Shown: one piece after another, positions 39,581 through 51,644 of the stretch
Numbering within the stretch: position 1 is the first letter of the stretch
Layout of the letters: each line of letters opens with the position of its first letter
NCBI GenBank assembly: GCA_000934665.2
Contig: JYFJ02001304.1
Span: 1 to 64,000 of the forward strand
Source of the DNA: Catajapyx aquilonaris
Lineage: Eukaryota
Length of the DNA: 64,000 nt
Reading direction: 5' to 3'
The notes under the pieces: model-generated
What the model saw: the letters and a program-made list of their open reading frames with translations, nothing else
What the model was told of the DNA's origin: nothing
Databases searched by the model: none
Translations under genes and position numbers: made by a program

Positions 39581-40392
39581 TATAGTGTATGAACAAATAG
39601 CACATGCAGCCATAATTGCACTGTATACGTAGCTGCTGACAAATAATAAAATAAATGATAATAATAATAATTACAATTAATTTACCTTCACTATACGTGC
39701 TCTTTTGTTATCAATTTTTAGTCAAAATCACCCTCGTTGCAATTATTTTCCATCTTTATTGAGCAAATAATATTTTTTTTATTTCTTCCCCCATTTTCTT
39801 TCGAATTACCTTCAAGTAAATCAGGTTCGGATAATTGAATTTAAGTCGTCTAGAATTTTAATCTAGATCTTCAGGAGAACCGTGTAAAAGGAGTTCACAA
39901 TGTCTTGATGTGACTGTACATTTCCGATGATCTCTCTATTGACTTTGAGTTCGAAGTATCTTGTTTTGACTGTACATTTCCCGATGATTCGGAACGTGGC
40001 TGACGAGATAAAGGAAAATTCCTAATCGGCCACCATTTTTCCTTCCTTTCGTTCGTTTGCTTCCGGATCCTCGTCGAAGCGTCTTCCCCTTTGGATGCAG
40101 AACGCCCGCCAGCCCCGTTCGTTGCCCTGCCGCACACACGACAGGGAGGCCACAAGACAAGCCGAGTCAAAAATCCATTGTTGAACCCACCCCATTGTTC
40201 ACAGGTTGTTCTGGACAACATTCGAACAGGGTTGGAAATAAGCAGATTCTATTTTGTTTTTTTGTTTTTTTAAAAAAAACTTTAATTTAATTTAATGCAG
40301 AAGGACTTTGGTGTCTAGGACCCATTTTTTTCCCGTAATGTATGACCCATTTTTTTCGTACGTTATTCAGGCAGAGTTTACCGCCACAAGAA

Positions 40393-43300
40393 ATGCGGCC
40401 TTCCCACGAAAGACGCAGCTGCATCGTCCCCACCTGCCCCAACAACAGCAGCTGCAGCAACAATGGGCGGCCTGGCAGCAGCAAAAATAAGAAAGGAGCA
40501 GCGGGAGTCCACTTCTTCCCCTTCCCGGACAACAAGGACCTGCAGCTGGTGTGGTCCTGCGCCATCCTCAAGCCGCAGCACAGCAGGGTCTGCTCCGAGC
40601 ACTTCCTCGACTTCGACATCGTCAGGCCCTCCTCCTCCTCCTCCGAAGACGATAACGAGGACAGAGCCTTCCTCAAGGACAATGCCATTCCCGTCTTCAA
40701 TTTGCCACCAGGTACACGTACATGCAACGTCTGGTCGTAACCGTAGTTATCTAATAATAACCGTAGTTAACTAATAATAACCGTAGTTAACGTAACCAAA
40801 GTGAACTAATAATAACCGTAGTTAACGTAACCAAAGTGAACTAATAATAACCGTAGTTAACGTAACCAAAGCAAGATGTATAAACCCTGTTTATACATCT
40901 TGAACCAAAGTGAACTAATAATAACCGTAGTTAACGTAACCAAAGTGAACTAATAATAACCGTAGTTAACGTAACCGTAGTTAACTAATAATAACCGTAG
41001 TTAACGTAACCGTAGTTAACTAATAATAACCGTAGTTAACGTAACCAAATTTAACTAATAATAACCATAGTTAACGTAACCGAAGTTAACTAATAATAAC
41101 TGTAGGTAACGTAACCAAAGTGAACTAATAATAACCGTAGTTAACGTAACCAAAGTGAACTAATAACCGTAGTTAACGTAACCGTAGTTAACTAATAATA
41201 ACCATAGTTAACGTAACCAAAGTTAACTAATAATAACTGTAGGTAACGTAACCAAAGTTAATTAATAATAACTGTAGTTAACGTAACCGTAGTTAACTAA
41301 TAATAACCATAGTTAAGGTAGCCAAAGTTAACTAATAATAACCATAGTTAACGTAACCAAAGTTAATTAATAATAACCGTAGTTAACGTAACCGTAGTTA
41401 ACTAATAATAACCATAGTTAACGTAGCCAAAGTTAACTAACAATAGTGTAGGGCTTGCGTAAGGGTCTTAACGGCTGGGTAAGTCCATTTAAAATCCTTA
41501 ATAATAAACTCAGTATGCTACGACCGGTTATGACGAAAATTTGAGTTACGACATTTTGATGAATCCACCCCCCAGTTTATTAATTTAATTTAATAGGGAA
41601 ATTACATTACAGCAACATAATTATGTGACGGAGAATTACGTTGAAATTTTGTGTATCATGATCAATAAGGCTGCTGATTTTTCTATTACAATTAACACGC
41701 AATATTATACCAACAGTGCAATCAGAGGAGATTCTGCTTCTTCCGACGCTGCAAGACTGGATGAAACTTTCAGCCCAACGTAAGGCCAGGGAAGGTCGCC
41801 AGGCTGTTGTCAAGCCGCCACCAGAAAGGACCTGCGTCAAGGAGAGGAAGGAACAGCCACGTATTACTGTCGTTAGGCCTTCATCGGAAAGGGCCTGCTT
41901 CGCAGAACAGCCACGTATTACAGTCGTTAAACCTCCACTAGAAAAGAGCTGCGTCAATAAGCAAGCTGAACAACCGCGTATTACGGTCGTCAAGCCAACA
42001 CCAGGGAGGACCTGCGTCACAGAGAGACGCATTACTGTTATCAAGCCGCCATCCGAAAGGACACGCGTCACAGTTGCCCATCCACCACTATCATGCGGAA
42101 CAAACAGATGTGAACTGCCACGTATAAATGTTGTTAATCCGCCATTGGAAAAGAGCTGCGTCAAAAAGCAATCTGAACAGCCACGTATTACAGTCGTCAA
42201 GCCACTACCAGAAAGGACTGGCGTCAAAGAGCGGCCTGAACTGACACGTCTTACCGTTGTCAAGCCAGCACCAGAACGGACCTGCGTCACGGAGAGACAA
42301 GAACGGCCACGTATTACTGTCGTGAAGCCGCCATCGGAAAGTACTTGTGCCACAGAGCGAGCTCCACGTCTTCCTCTTGTCAAGCCGTCGCTGGAAAGGA
42401 CCAGTGAGAGGAATGAACTTGTCGTCAACCCGCCACCAGAAAGGACTTGCGTCAAAACGACAGCTGAACACCTTGCTGTTGCCAAACCGCCACCAAAAAG
42501 TACCTGCGGTGAACTGATCGCTGTTGACAATTCGGAAAAGTCGAAAAAGGAAGGTAATTCTGGGTAAGTTGATCGTGTCCATTGCGACTTCATCCGTACT
42601 AATGAGCTTCACTTTTGCAGAAGTGTGTCCAACGACAACACGGCAACAATGGTGGCCTCCGAAGTTGACGATATTGAAGTAGTCGCAGCCCAAGACGATG
42701 TTATTGGAGTGCTTGCCAATGACGACGACGTTATTCAAGTGGTTACCTCCCAAGATGATGTCATCGAATTTGTTACGTCCCAAGATGATGTTGTTGAGGT
42801 AGTTATCGATGAGACGCAATTAGATTGCAACTCTCCGTCTGATGGCGTAAATGCGATTCAAGGAAAACCAGATGACGAATGCGACGTATCCGATTCGGAG
42901 TCCACCAGTGGCTCTCTAGTTATGGTAACGCCTGAAGATGTCTCCAGTCAAATGAACCAGGTACTACCGTTGTTGAATACAAATTCGCTGCGATGCAACA
43001 TGTGCACGGTGAGTTTCACCAGTAAGTCTGGTCTCATCCGACACGTGAATTACACTCATGCCAATAACAAGTTACAGCCGCTGTCCTGCGAGACATGCGG
43101 AGAGAGATTTTCCAACAAAAAGAAACTGGCTTCTCACAAGTCGAACGTCCACAAGAAGGCGGACGACTCGATTTACTGCGGAAAATGCAAAAATGAGTTT
43201 CAAAGCAAGGTCGAACTGTCGAATCATAAAAAGATGTGCTTGTTGTATCAAAAGTATTTTTGTGACGAATGCGGAAAAGGATTCAGGTTCAAGTCGACCC

Positions 43301-44310
43301 TATTGTGTCATAAGCAAGCTCACACGGCTACAAGCGAGAAAATGTTTGTGTGCGAGATATGCGGTAAGAAATTTTCTTCAATGTTTCATTTGACCAGTCA
43401 TCAGCGGGTACATACCGGGGAGAAGCCTTACATATGCGAGAAGTGCGGGATGTTATTTCGGTTCAGGAGGTCGTTAATACTTCACATGACGTACCATACC
43501 GGAGTTAGGCCATTTGTTTGCGACGTATGCGGAAAAGGGTATCTCCAAAGTTCACATCTGGTGTATCATCAGCGAATTCATTCCGGCGCACGGCCGTTCA
43601 AGTGTGACACATGCAGCTCGGCATTTTCCGATCATTCAAAGCTGGTTAGGCATTTGATCACCCATAAGATTGAAGCGCCGTTTAAATGCGACGTATGCAA
43701 CAAGAGATTCAGCATAAAGCTTGCCCTGACGTTACATCTTCGGACGCACGCTGAAGAAAAGCCGTACAAATGCGGCGAATGTGGGAAGACATTCGTTTCA
43801 AGTCTGATACTGAATCAGCATGTAACGATCCATTCGGTTGAGAAGTTGCATCCCTGTGGGACTTGCGGTGAAGCGTTTGACACACCTGCGCAGTTGCAGG
43901 CTCACAAGCGTATCCACACAAAGGCGTTACCATTTCCGAGCAATCCGTCCAAGGAACAAGCCAACGAAGGATCACCGGAGAAGGTCAAGAAACGACACAA
44001 GTCCAAGAAAAGGCACCATGAGAGATCGCCAGATAAGATCAAGAAAAAACATCGGGAAAGATCACCGGACAAGGTTAAGAAAAAACATAGGGAGAGATCG
44101 CCAGAGAAGACCAAGAAAAAACACAGACACATGTTGGACACCGAGGGATCGCCAAAGATCAAGAAAAAGCATCGGGAGGGATCGAAAGCCAAGAAAAGAC
44201 ATCATCACGGATCACCATGTAACGAGGGACCACTGGAGAAGATCAGGATAGTCATTCCTAAGTGTAGCGCGATTTCAACGCTACTTGCGGATCCGGAGCC
44301 TAAAAATTAA
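40393..44310 (+). CDS. THAP-C2H2 zinc-finger gene 7 with repeat-rich linker and basic tail
   Basis: Exons 40393-40711, 41717-42563, 42621-44310 are phase-compatible. THAP CIVPTC..FFPFP..WSCAILKP..RVCSEHF..AIPVFNL. About 11 fingers. The start codon could lie in an upstream exon. Confidence 0.85.
40736..41440. repeat. ~35-bp minisatellite (TAATAATAACCGTAGTTAACGTAACCAAAGTKAAC) in intron 1 of gene 7
   Basis: About 20 tandem units. Confidence 0.95.
40864..40910. mobile_element. 31-bp palindrome between 8-bp direct repeats (P-type excision footprint)
   Basis: AACCAAAG|CAAGATGTATAAAC-CCT-GTTTATACATCTTG|AACCAAAG. Neighbouring minisatellite units show the empty site GTAACCAAAGTGAAC. Confidence 0.8.
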
Positions 44311-45799
44311 AAAGATCCTGTAAGAACGCTACGGAGCTACGGAGGAGTTGAATTTCTTGTTCGATTAAATGTAACGGTGGGAAGTGTGAAATTTTTAAAT
44401 ATGCGATCGTCATAATGCATATGTTTTCACATTATTCACTCATGTTTGAACTCCATCGTCGTGACCTGTTCAAACTAGTTCAGGTGGGGCCACAGTGGCC
44501 ATCCGAATGATGTTTAAAAGTCCATATGCCAAATATGTGGGACCTGCTGTCACATTTTCCGCATGCAAAAGCGACTTGAGTCTGCCGCATTACCGTTAGA
44601 ATATTTGTGAGAGCATATTTTTTAATGTTGTATGCCGCTCTTTCCAGGGTTCGCTTTTTACGGAGGGACCTGCTGTTCCATTTTCCATATTAAGCATGTC
44701 CGACGAAAAGTACAAGGGAACTTCTGGGGACCATACTTTTTTTCTATAATATACAAGCGTCCTCTATAGTCACACGATTTATATGTATGTGGGATGTGAC
44801 TGAAATCATTGTTGTCCTGCTGCGTAAAAAAATGTGAAAGGCAATGTTTCATGTTGTATGAGCCAAACGCTGATTGCAGTGTGCGATGTCACGTTGTTAA
44901 AAAAAATTTACTGATTGTCTGATTGGAATTGCCGTCATTGTACTTAATTGCAGCCGAAGCTTATGTTTGCTTGATGGTTGGACATTTCAGATGTTTAATG
45001 TTGTTTAATGTTGTTCTCTGATGGCATATGTTCGACATGTGACAATGGCACCTTTCGTTCCTTTTTAGGTACTTGCCTATTTACATCCAATTAGCATATA
45101 ATTCATATTTTCTTTCAGGCAGTAGTGGCTGGCATCTTTTCTCTCTCTAATTTTCCCTGGTATTTCGAAAGATCTGCATACATGATGTGGACCATTTCAA
45201 AACAGTTAAATGCAAGGGAACTCATCCTTTTAAAAATGTGCAAAACGTGTGCCATACGTCAGTCCGCAATTATTAAAAAAAAAAAAAAAATAACCTGAGA
45301 ATTTTATTCAACATGTATACCTGCCTGATGGCCATACCAATGTTAAATTACGCATATCCGTAATGTGTGTATATAGTGCGGGAAAGACCTAGCGACGGCC
45401 CTTCCATTGTTGCTTCCGTTTACTCGCATTGTTCTCTCTGCGAGGTATTTCCATGGGCTTCAGATCGTTGTTTAGTTTTTTCCGCACTTGTTATTCAGCG
45501 TGAGTTGGCCATGTCGTGTTTGTGTTCATGAAATAAAATTATATATTATGTTTCGGTCACCTGGTGTTTGACTCTCTCCAGGACACAATCCAGTAGTAGG
45601 GGACGAGACAAGTGGGAGCTCAACAATTAATTTATTTTCGAAATCATTTATCCCAAGTAGTATAATTATTATTTTGTGACGTTTTATTGTAGTGTGCCAT
45701 GAACTGGTTCGAATCTTCTTGACATTACTGTACTCACATAAAGGAGTTTCATTAGTTTTGTTCTTGCCTGTACTTAAATTCTCGACTGGGATTCGTACA

Positions 45800-46017
45800 G
45801 TTGGCATCTTTGCACTGTTGGCATCTTTGAGCTATTGGCATCTTTGCCCAGTTGGCATCTTTGCTCTGTTGGCATCTTTGCACTGTTGGCATCTTTGCAC
45901 TGTTGGCATGCTCTGTTGGCATCTTTGCACTGTTGGCATGCTCTGTTGGCATCTTTGCACTGTTGGCATGCTCTGTTGGCATCTTTGCACTGTTGGCATC
46001 TTTGCGCTGTTGGCATC
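45800..46017. repeat. Tandem 17/13-bp units (CTGTTGGCATCTTTGCA / CTGTTGGCATGCT)
   Basis: Direct reading. Confidence 0.9.
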
Positions 46018-46306
46018 CTGCCCGAACGATCTCCCCGAAGTTTCCCGAACGTTGCCGTCGTCCTTGGCAGCCATTCTTTTTCTTCCCTACCTCTTCTTCA
46101 CTGGCCTCTTTCTAGTTGGATCAGGATTCAGGGACTCGAGCTGCTGTCCGTCCGGTAAGAATAAACGTTTGGGGGGGTGGCTGACGGGACACCCACCATA
46201 ATAAGGTGTGCAGGGTGTACACTTCTTATAATCAGCCTTCAATCAGGACACGTTCCATTTCGAGCTAGGCCTATTCCATCAAAGTCTGTAATCGAACGCC
46301 ATGTAC

Positions 46307-46356
46307 CAAAAAAAAAAAAAAAAAAAAAAAANAAAAAAAAAAAAAAAAAAAAAAAA
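46307..46356. repeat. Poly(A) tract with a central N (possible assembly join)
   Basis: Direct reading. Confidence 0.9.
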
Positions 46357-47039
46357 GGAACATACAAGTACAGTACATGTAATGCCAATTGCAATCAAGA
46401 CATGAAAAAGAGACGAACATGCAGTCCAGGTTACGTACTGTAGGGTTCGTACGCAAGTTGGATCCATGCATCGTAATGATAGATGCTAGGACGCTGCGTC
46501 AACATGTGTGGAAGTAAATAGCTCCCCAAATTATTTATTACTAATTAGCGCAATATTTTGTTGAACTTGGTTGTACGCACGATACTAATAATAATTATTT
46601 TTTCTGCCATGGGTGATCAGCCCTTTTGTCAGATTGGGAGGTATAATTTCAGCAGCCCCCACCAATTTTCAGACCGTCCCGCTCCAGCGATTAATCGTTT
46701 GTTTTTCTCATCAATTACTGAAATATACTAATTAGTTTCGCATTGCCTTACTTACATTGTAAATACAGCACTATTAACGGCAAAGGTAATGTCGTGCCGT
46801 TATGCGATGGCTTGCGCGACTGGTTGCCGAGTTACAGATGCTAATTTGGCAATATTCCGGAATTCGCAACCCCATGGCTAAACAACAAGTCAAGGACGCA
46901 ATCACATAACAGTGCGACATTACTTTTGCAGTTAATAATACATTAGAGTGTGCATGTAAAATAATTATACTTCGCTACTTCTTAGAAAAGCGTAATATTG
47001 TACGTTATTGCATGTTTTTATATGGTCTTTGTCGTGTTT

Positions 47040-47170
47040 TCCTTGCGCCTCGGATTATCCGACCTTTTTTTGTGTTCCGACCATGCCCTGGCCTCATGGG
47101 TGACGGATAATCGGGATTTTACTCTATAAATAATTGATAGAGTAAATACCCCGATTATTATCTGTCACCC
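47040..47170. mobile_element. Degenerate Tc1/pogo-like MITE ends
   Basis: GGGTGACGGATAATCGGGATTTTACTCTA and its inverted near-copy TAGAGTAAATACCCCGATTATTATCTGTCACCC. A related GGTGACGGATAATCAGGATTCTAC occurs in intron 2 of genes 8-10. Confidence 0.4.
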
Positions 47171-47632
47171 ACCGGGTTATCCCTATGGAGAGCCTGTTCG
47201 TATACATACGGATTGCTGTGTTGTTCGTAATCTGGGGACTTCCTGTAATTACAGTTAGGTGTGCATGACATAGGACCTAGCAGATACTTGCCAGCTAACC
47301 GTAAGGACACTAATAATGGCATTTGATATGGCTCACATCTCTCTCAAATTTGATCAGCAATGTTCTAACTTGCAAAATGCGACCGCTACGTTCATCACAA
47401 ACAATTATTGGTCTAATCGCTCATGTATGTACACACTGCATTACGCTGTCTCTTCTTACGTTTGGTAGTATTAACATCAACAATCAGGTGAGTTTTCCGC
47501 TTCAAGGGTGAAGCCCCCATCTAAAATATAGGGAATCTTGGGTGATAATTTTGGTTTGTGCCCTGGTCTGATCCCAATGTGTCGTTGCAGAGAAGGTTGC
47601 GTCTGTCTCTAGAGCAATAAGAAGCGGAAGTG

Positions 47633-47878
47633 ATGAAGGGCCTGGACCTGAAGAGCATCCGCGGGCACCCTTCCCTGATCCCCCTGTACGTGTGCGTGGG
47701 GATCGGCTGCGTGGCGGCCGGAGGCTACGTCCTGCGCCTGGCCACCAGGAGCCCCGACGTCAGCTGGGACCGCAACAAGAACCCCGAACCATGGAACGAC
47801 TACACCGGCAAGCAATACAAGTTCCTGTCGTCTGGCCGCGACTACGCCAAGACCGCCCCGGAGGTGCCCAAGTATTGA
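47633..47878 (+). CDS. NDUFA4: Cytochrome c oxidase subunit NDUFA4/COXFA4 (B12D/MLRQ family)
   Basis: MKGLDLKSIRGHPSLIPLYVCVGIG...YVLRLATRSPDVSWDR..NPEPWNDY..KQYKF. High GC3; 5'-UTR intron ~47488-47590; AATAAA at ~48019. Confidence 0.95.
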   Translation: MKGLDLKSIRGHPSLIPLYVCVGIGCVAAGGYVLRLATRSPDVSWDRNKNPEPWNDYTGKQYKFLSSGRDYAKTAPEVPKY

Positions 47879-48881
47879 ACTGCCCTAGTGAGAACATCAT
47901 AGCGAAAAAATAGCTTCCTTTTCATTTTGGTTTCTTGGATTGCCTATCGAAACAGTGTTGAAAGATGAGGCGGCCATAGGTTGTTGGGGGAATCCCGTTG
48001 CGTTCTGTAAGAACTTATAAATAAAAAAAAAGTCATGTAAAGGGTATGTCACTCATTTTTTATTCTTTCGCAGACCCGCTCTTCAGTAATATTTCCCTCA
48101 GGAAAACCTGTACGTCTAGTCCATTTGTTTTCTTAATTAGGTACTACGTTTCGTTGGTTATTCGTGCAGATCTGTATGACTCGCAAGGAGACTAGTCGCA
48201 CGTGAAGCCCCCCAAAAAAGGAGGACAGGACCGATTGGGCTCGCTGTATTTTTTTTTGATCAAGAATTTATGCCTGGAAGTCGCCCAAATGTGTAACTCA
48301 TAGTCACTTTTTGTAGTAAGAATATTTGTGTAATTACTAAAACTTGCATTTATTTAAAAAACAAGTAATTTTTTTTAAGTGATTTGCCCCCTGCTTCAAG
48401 CCCACCCCACCTCCGACTAAGATACAAAACATCTTGGCTTGACTGTAAAGTCCCTACGTTGAATTCTTTCGAACAATAACTGCTTTTCCTTCCAGTTTTT
48501 TTTTTTTTCCTGGACAAAATCTGCCTGGAAACTGGTTTAATTGGCAGGATAATCGTCATTAGCGGTAAATAGGGTTGCCCTGGAGGGTCTAGGTTAACAT
48601 ACCCGCACATGAAACCTTCCAAACTTCATGTCAGCAAAGGACAGATTGAAAGAAAAAAAAAGGAACACACGTTCTTTTTATTGGCCTGATTTAATTTAAA
48701 TTATTGCAATTTTTCATTTATGGATCTTACCCCTTTCAAATAATTAATTCCGCGTTTCTTTAAAAAGGTCTTGAATGCTTTCCCAGGTTGCATCTCATGA
48801 AGTACAGCGTAAGCCTTACAAGTCATTCAAGAGGATAAAATCATCGGAAGGATCAGCCGAGGGAAGCACAAGTTCAAAAGG

Positions 48882-51644
48882 ATGGCTCCAAACGCTGAGG
48901 AGATCAGCAGGAGATGCGTGGTGCCAACGTGCACCAGCAACTGCGGAGGAGGTTCGACATGTGACGGAGGAGAAATGGCCTTCTTCCCCTTCCCCAGCCA
49001 CGAGAAGCTCCGGATGATGTGGATGCGGTCCATCCTCAAGCCAGACCATTCCTTGGTCTGCTCAAAACATTTTGACGAAGCAGACCTGCTGGTTTCAACT
49101 GGCGACCAAGGATTCACCTTGAAGGAAAATGCCTTTCCACTGCTCAACTTGCCGCAACCTACTTCAAGACCAGCGACGGAAAATGTCCAGCGTTTAGAAC
49201 GAGGTTAGAACGTACTTCGCATGCAAACCATATCAAAACATAACCTGAGAAGGTCGTGAATGACAAATAATTAAGGAGTAAAGCATGAATTACGTGTATT
49301 ATGCATTCTGTTTACCTCAACAGCAGTTGAGATTTTCCCTACTTATTAGCCTTCCCGCCTCTGGCTCTAAGTCTAACAACTGGTTCCTCTAAATCTGTCA
49401 GCAGCAGAAGCGGAACTAACCACAGCATCATCCCAGTTGATTGACTTGACCAGCGGACCTTCAGATGACGAGTGTGATGCTTTTGATGAGCCACCTGAAT
49501 CCAATGAAAGGACCAGAGAACCAGCGGAAGACACCCTTCCAGGTGTCCAGAGTGAAACTTCCACAAGCGGAAGAAGTCGTGAAGTACAAGATTGCGGAAC
49601 GGAACAAGATGATGGGTAGGTTGATTGAAACTGACACATTCAGAGTCTGCAGAAGGCAAATTTCACTCTAGACTGTCTAGAGAGAAGGAAATTAAAGATA
49701 TTGTGTTAAACGCTTCATCCATCATTAGTGGTGACGGATAATCAGGATTCTACCATATTGTGTGTTTTGTGAAGTATTAATAAACTACTTAATTGCAGGA
49801 ACTTGGGCAACCACATTGTCCCATCCCAGCTGGGATCTCAATCGATGCTTACCTTCTCACTGGAAAAGGTCAACGCAGCAGCTCAAGAGGAATTCGAAGA
49901 TGTGCAGGTATCCTTCGACATCGATCTTCCTTATGCACAGGGAAAGGAGACGCTGTTCAAGTGCGGCTTGTGCGGATTGACTTTCCCCTCAAAGGATGCT
50001 GCGGCCAGTCATGTTTGCGCCTGTTCTGCCAATGACCAACTTGCAATAGAGAGTTTGAAGGATGCGCCAAGCAAGGGTGACCCATCCGCTGTTGTGCCCA
50101 TCTGTGGGCTGTCCAAAGTTGTTGAGTTAACGAGCACCATGCTGTTCCAACCTTCTGATTCTGTTCTATTGCCATGTGTAGTACCGGTTAATTCAGAAGT
50201 GGACACGGAATTGCTGGAAAACTTCACAGGAGATAACTGCAATAGATGTGGCAAGATAGTAAAAGGCATTGTTGCACAAAAGTGTCATTTCCAGTATCAC
50301 AAGAAGATAATGATGGCAAATGCTTGTAAGACATGCGGGAAGAGATACATTAATAAGGAAAGTCTGGAATATCACGAAAAAGTTCACTTGCGGGAACCAT
50401 GGCGTTACGCTTCTGCCAGCTCGTCACCTCATGTGAGAAGAAGGAGAAAATTGGCTCCTGAATGGAAGGCAAGTTTCACCGAAGATACATGCAACATATG
50501 CAACAAAGTAATTGCATGCAAAACGTGGAAAAGATGTCACTACAACAACCACAAAGGGATCAAGCCATACAAGTGTGACAAATGTGGGATGGGATTCGTT
50601 GTAAGCACCCGTTTGAAACGTCACAAGGATAATCACTTGCGGGAATGTCTTGCCAGCTCCTCGTCTCATGTGGCAAGTAGGAGAAAACTGGCTCCTGAAC
50701 GGAAATGTCACCTCGAAGGACGTGAGGGACGACCTCCTTGTGATGGTTCAACAACCGCTGCGGGAAGCCAGGTCAAGGTACACTCACATGTGCTCATTCC
50801 AAATCTGCCAGGACGTACAGTCGCTCCCAACAGGGTTCCCAAGGGAAAAAAACGACTTGAATGTGAGTTCTGCGGAAAGACTTTTCCTCGCAAGTCTCTC
50901 ATGGATAATCATATGATGAGCCACACGGGAGGAAAGACTTTCATATGCGATGTGTGTAACAAAGGGTATCGTTATAAAAATGCTCTTCAGAAGCACAAGA
51001 GAACCTGCGTGAAGGAGGGGGAGATTCCTTTGGAGATTTTGAAGCCATATGCTTGTGAGAAATGTGGGAAAACATTTGCCAAAAAGTTTTCATTTCAAAA
51101 TCATCTCTTAACACATGGGCCTACGCAAGAGAGGCCATACGTGTGCGAAATATGTTCAAAGGCATTTATTTGGAAGGCGTCTTTTGATGCACATCGTTAC
51201 GTTCATACTGGAGAGAAGCCACATTTGTGTGATGTATGTGGGAAATCTTTCAGGGTCAAGGGTCAGTTGACACTCCATTACAGGCTCCACACTGGGGAGA
51301 AGCCATACAGATGTGAAACATGTGATAAAAGATTTCACTGGAGAACAGGGCTGTATCTCCATGGCAGAGTTCACACTGGAGAGAGACCTTTTGAGTGCGA
51401 CACATGCGGGAAGAAATTCCGGACTGGATCAACACTTCGGATACATAAGAAAAGGCACAAGATGGCAAAAGTCGAGTTCACGTGCAGCTCTTGTGGGCAC
51501 GGATTCTCGCGGAAGGCGGCTCTTGAGAAGCACAAGTGCGCCGCCAAGGAAGGAACGGACCTGGAGGAAATGGCTGATCGTGAACTTTTAGAGTCAAACA
51601 GTTTCATGGTGATTAATCCTTATGTCAAGTCACCTGTATCTTAA
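48882..51644 (+). CDS. THAP-C2H2 zinc-finger gene 8 (triplicate A)
   Basis: Exons 48882-49203, 49402-49615, 49799-51644 in frame. THAP CVVPTC..FFPFP..WMRSILKP..LVCSKHF..AFPLLNL. Confidence 0.9.

Noticed and set aside
40736..41440. Regular ~35-bp repeats (also 37237-37920, 26650-27160) as a CRISPR-like array
   Set aside because: Units are contiguous with no unique spacers, there are no cas genes, and the context is eukaryotic; these are minisatellites.
41607..42819. Long - strand ORFs (328 aa, 204 aa)
   Set aside because: Antisense shadows of the repetitive coding exons of gene 7.
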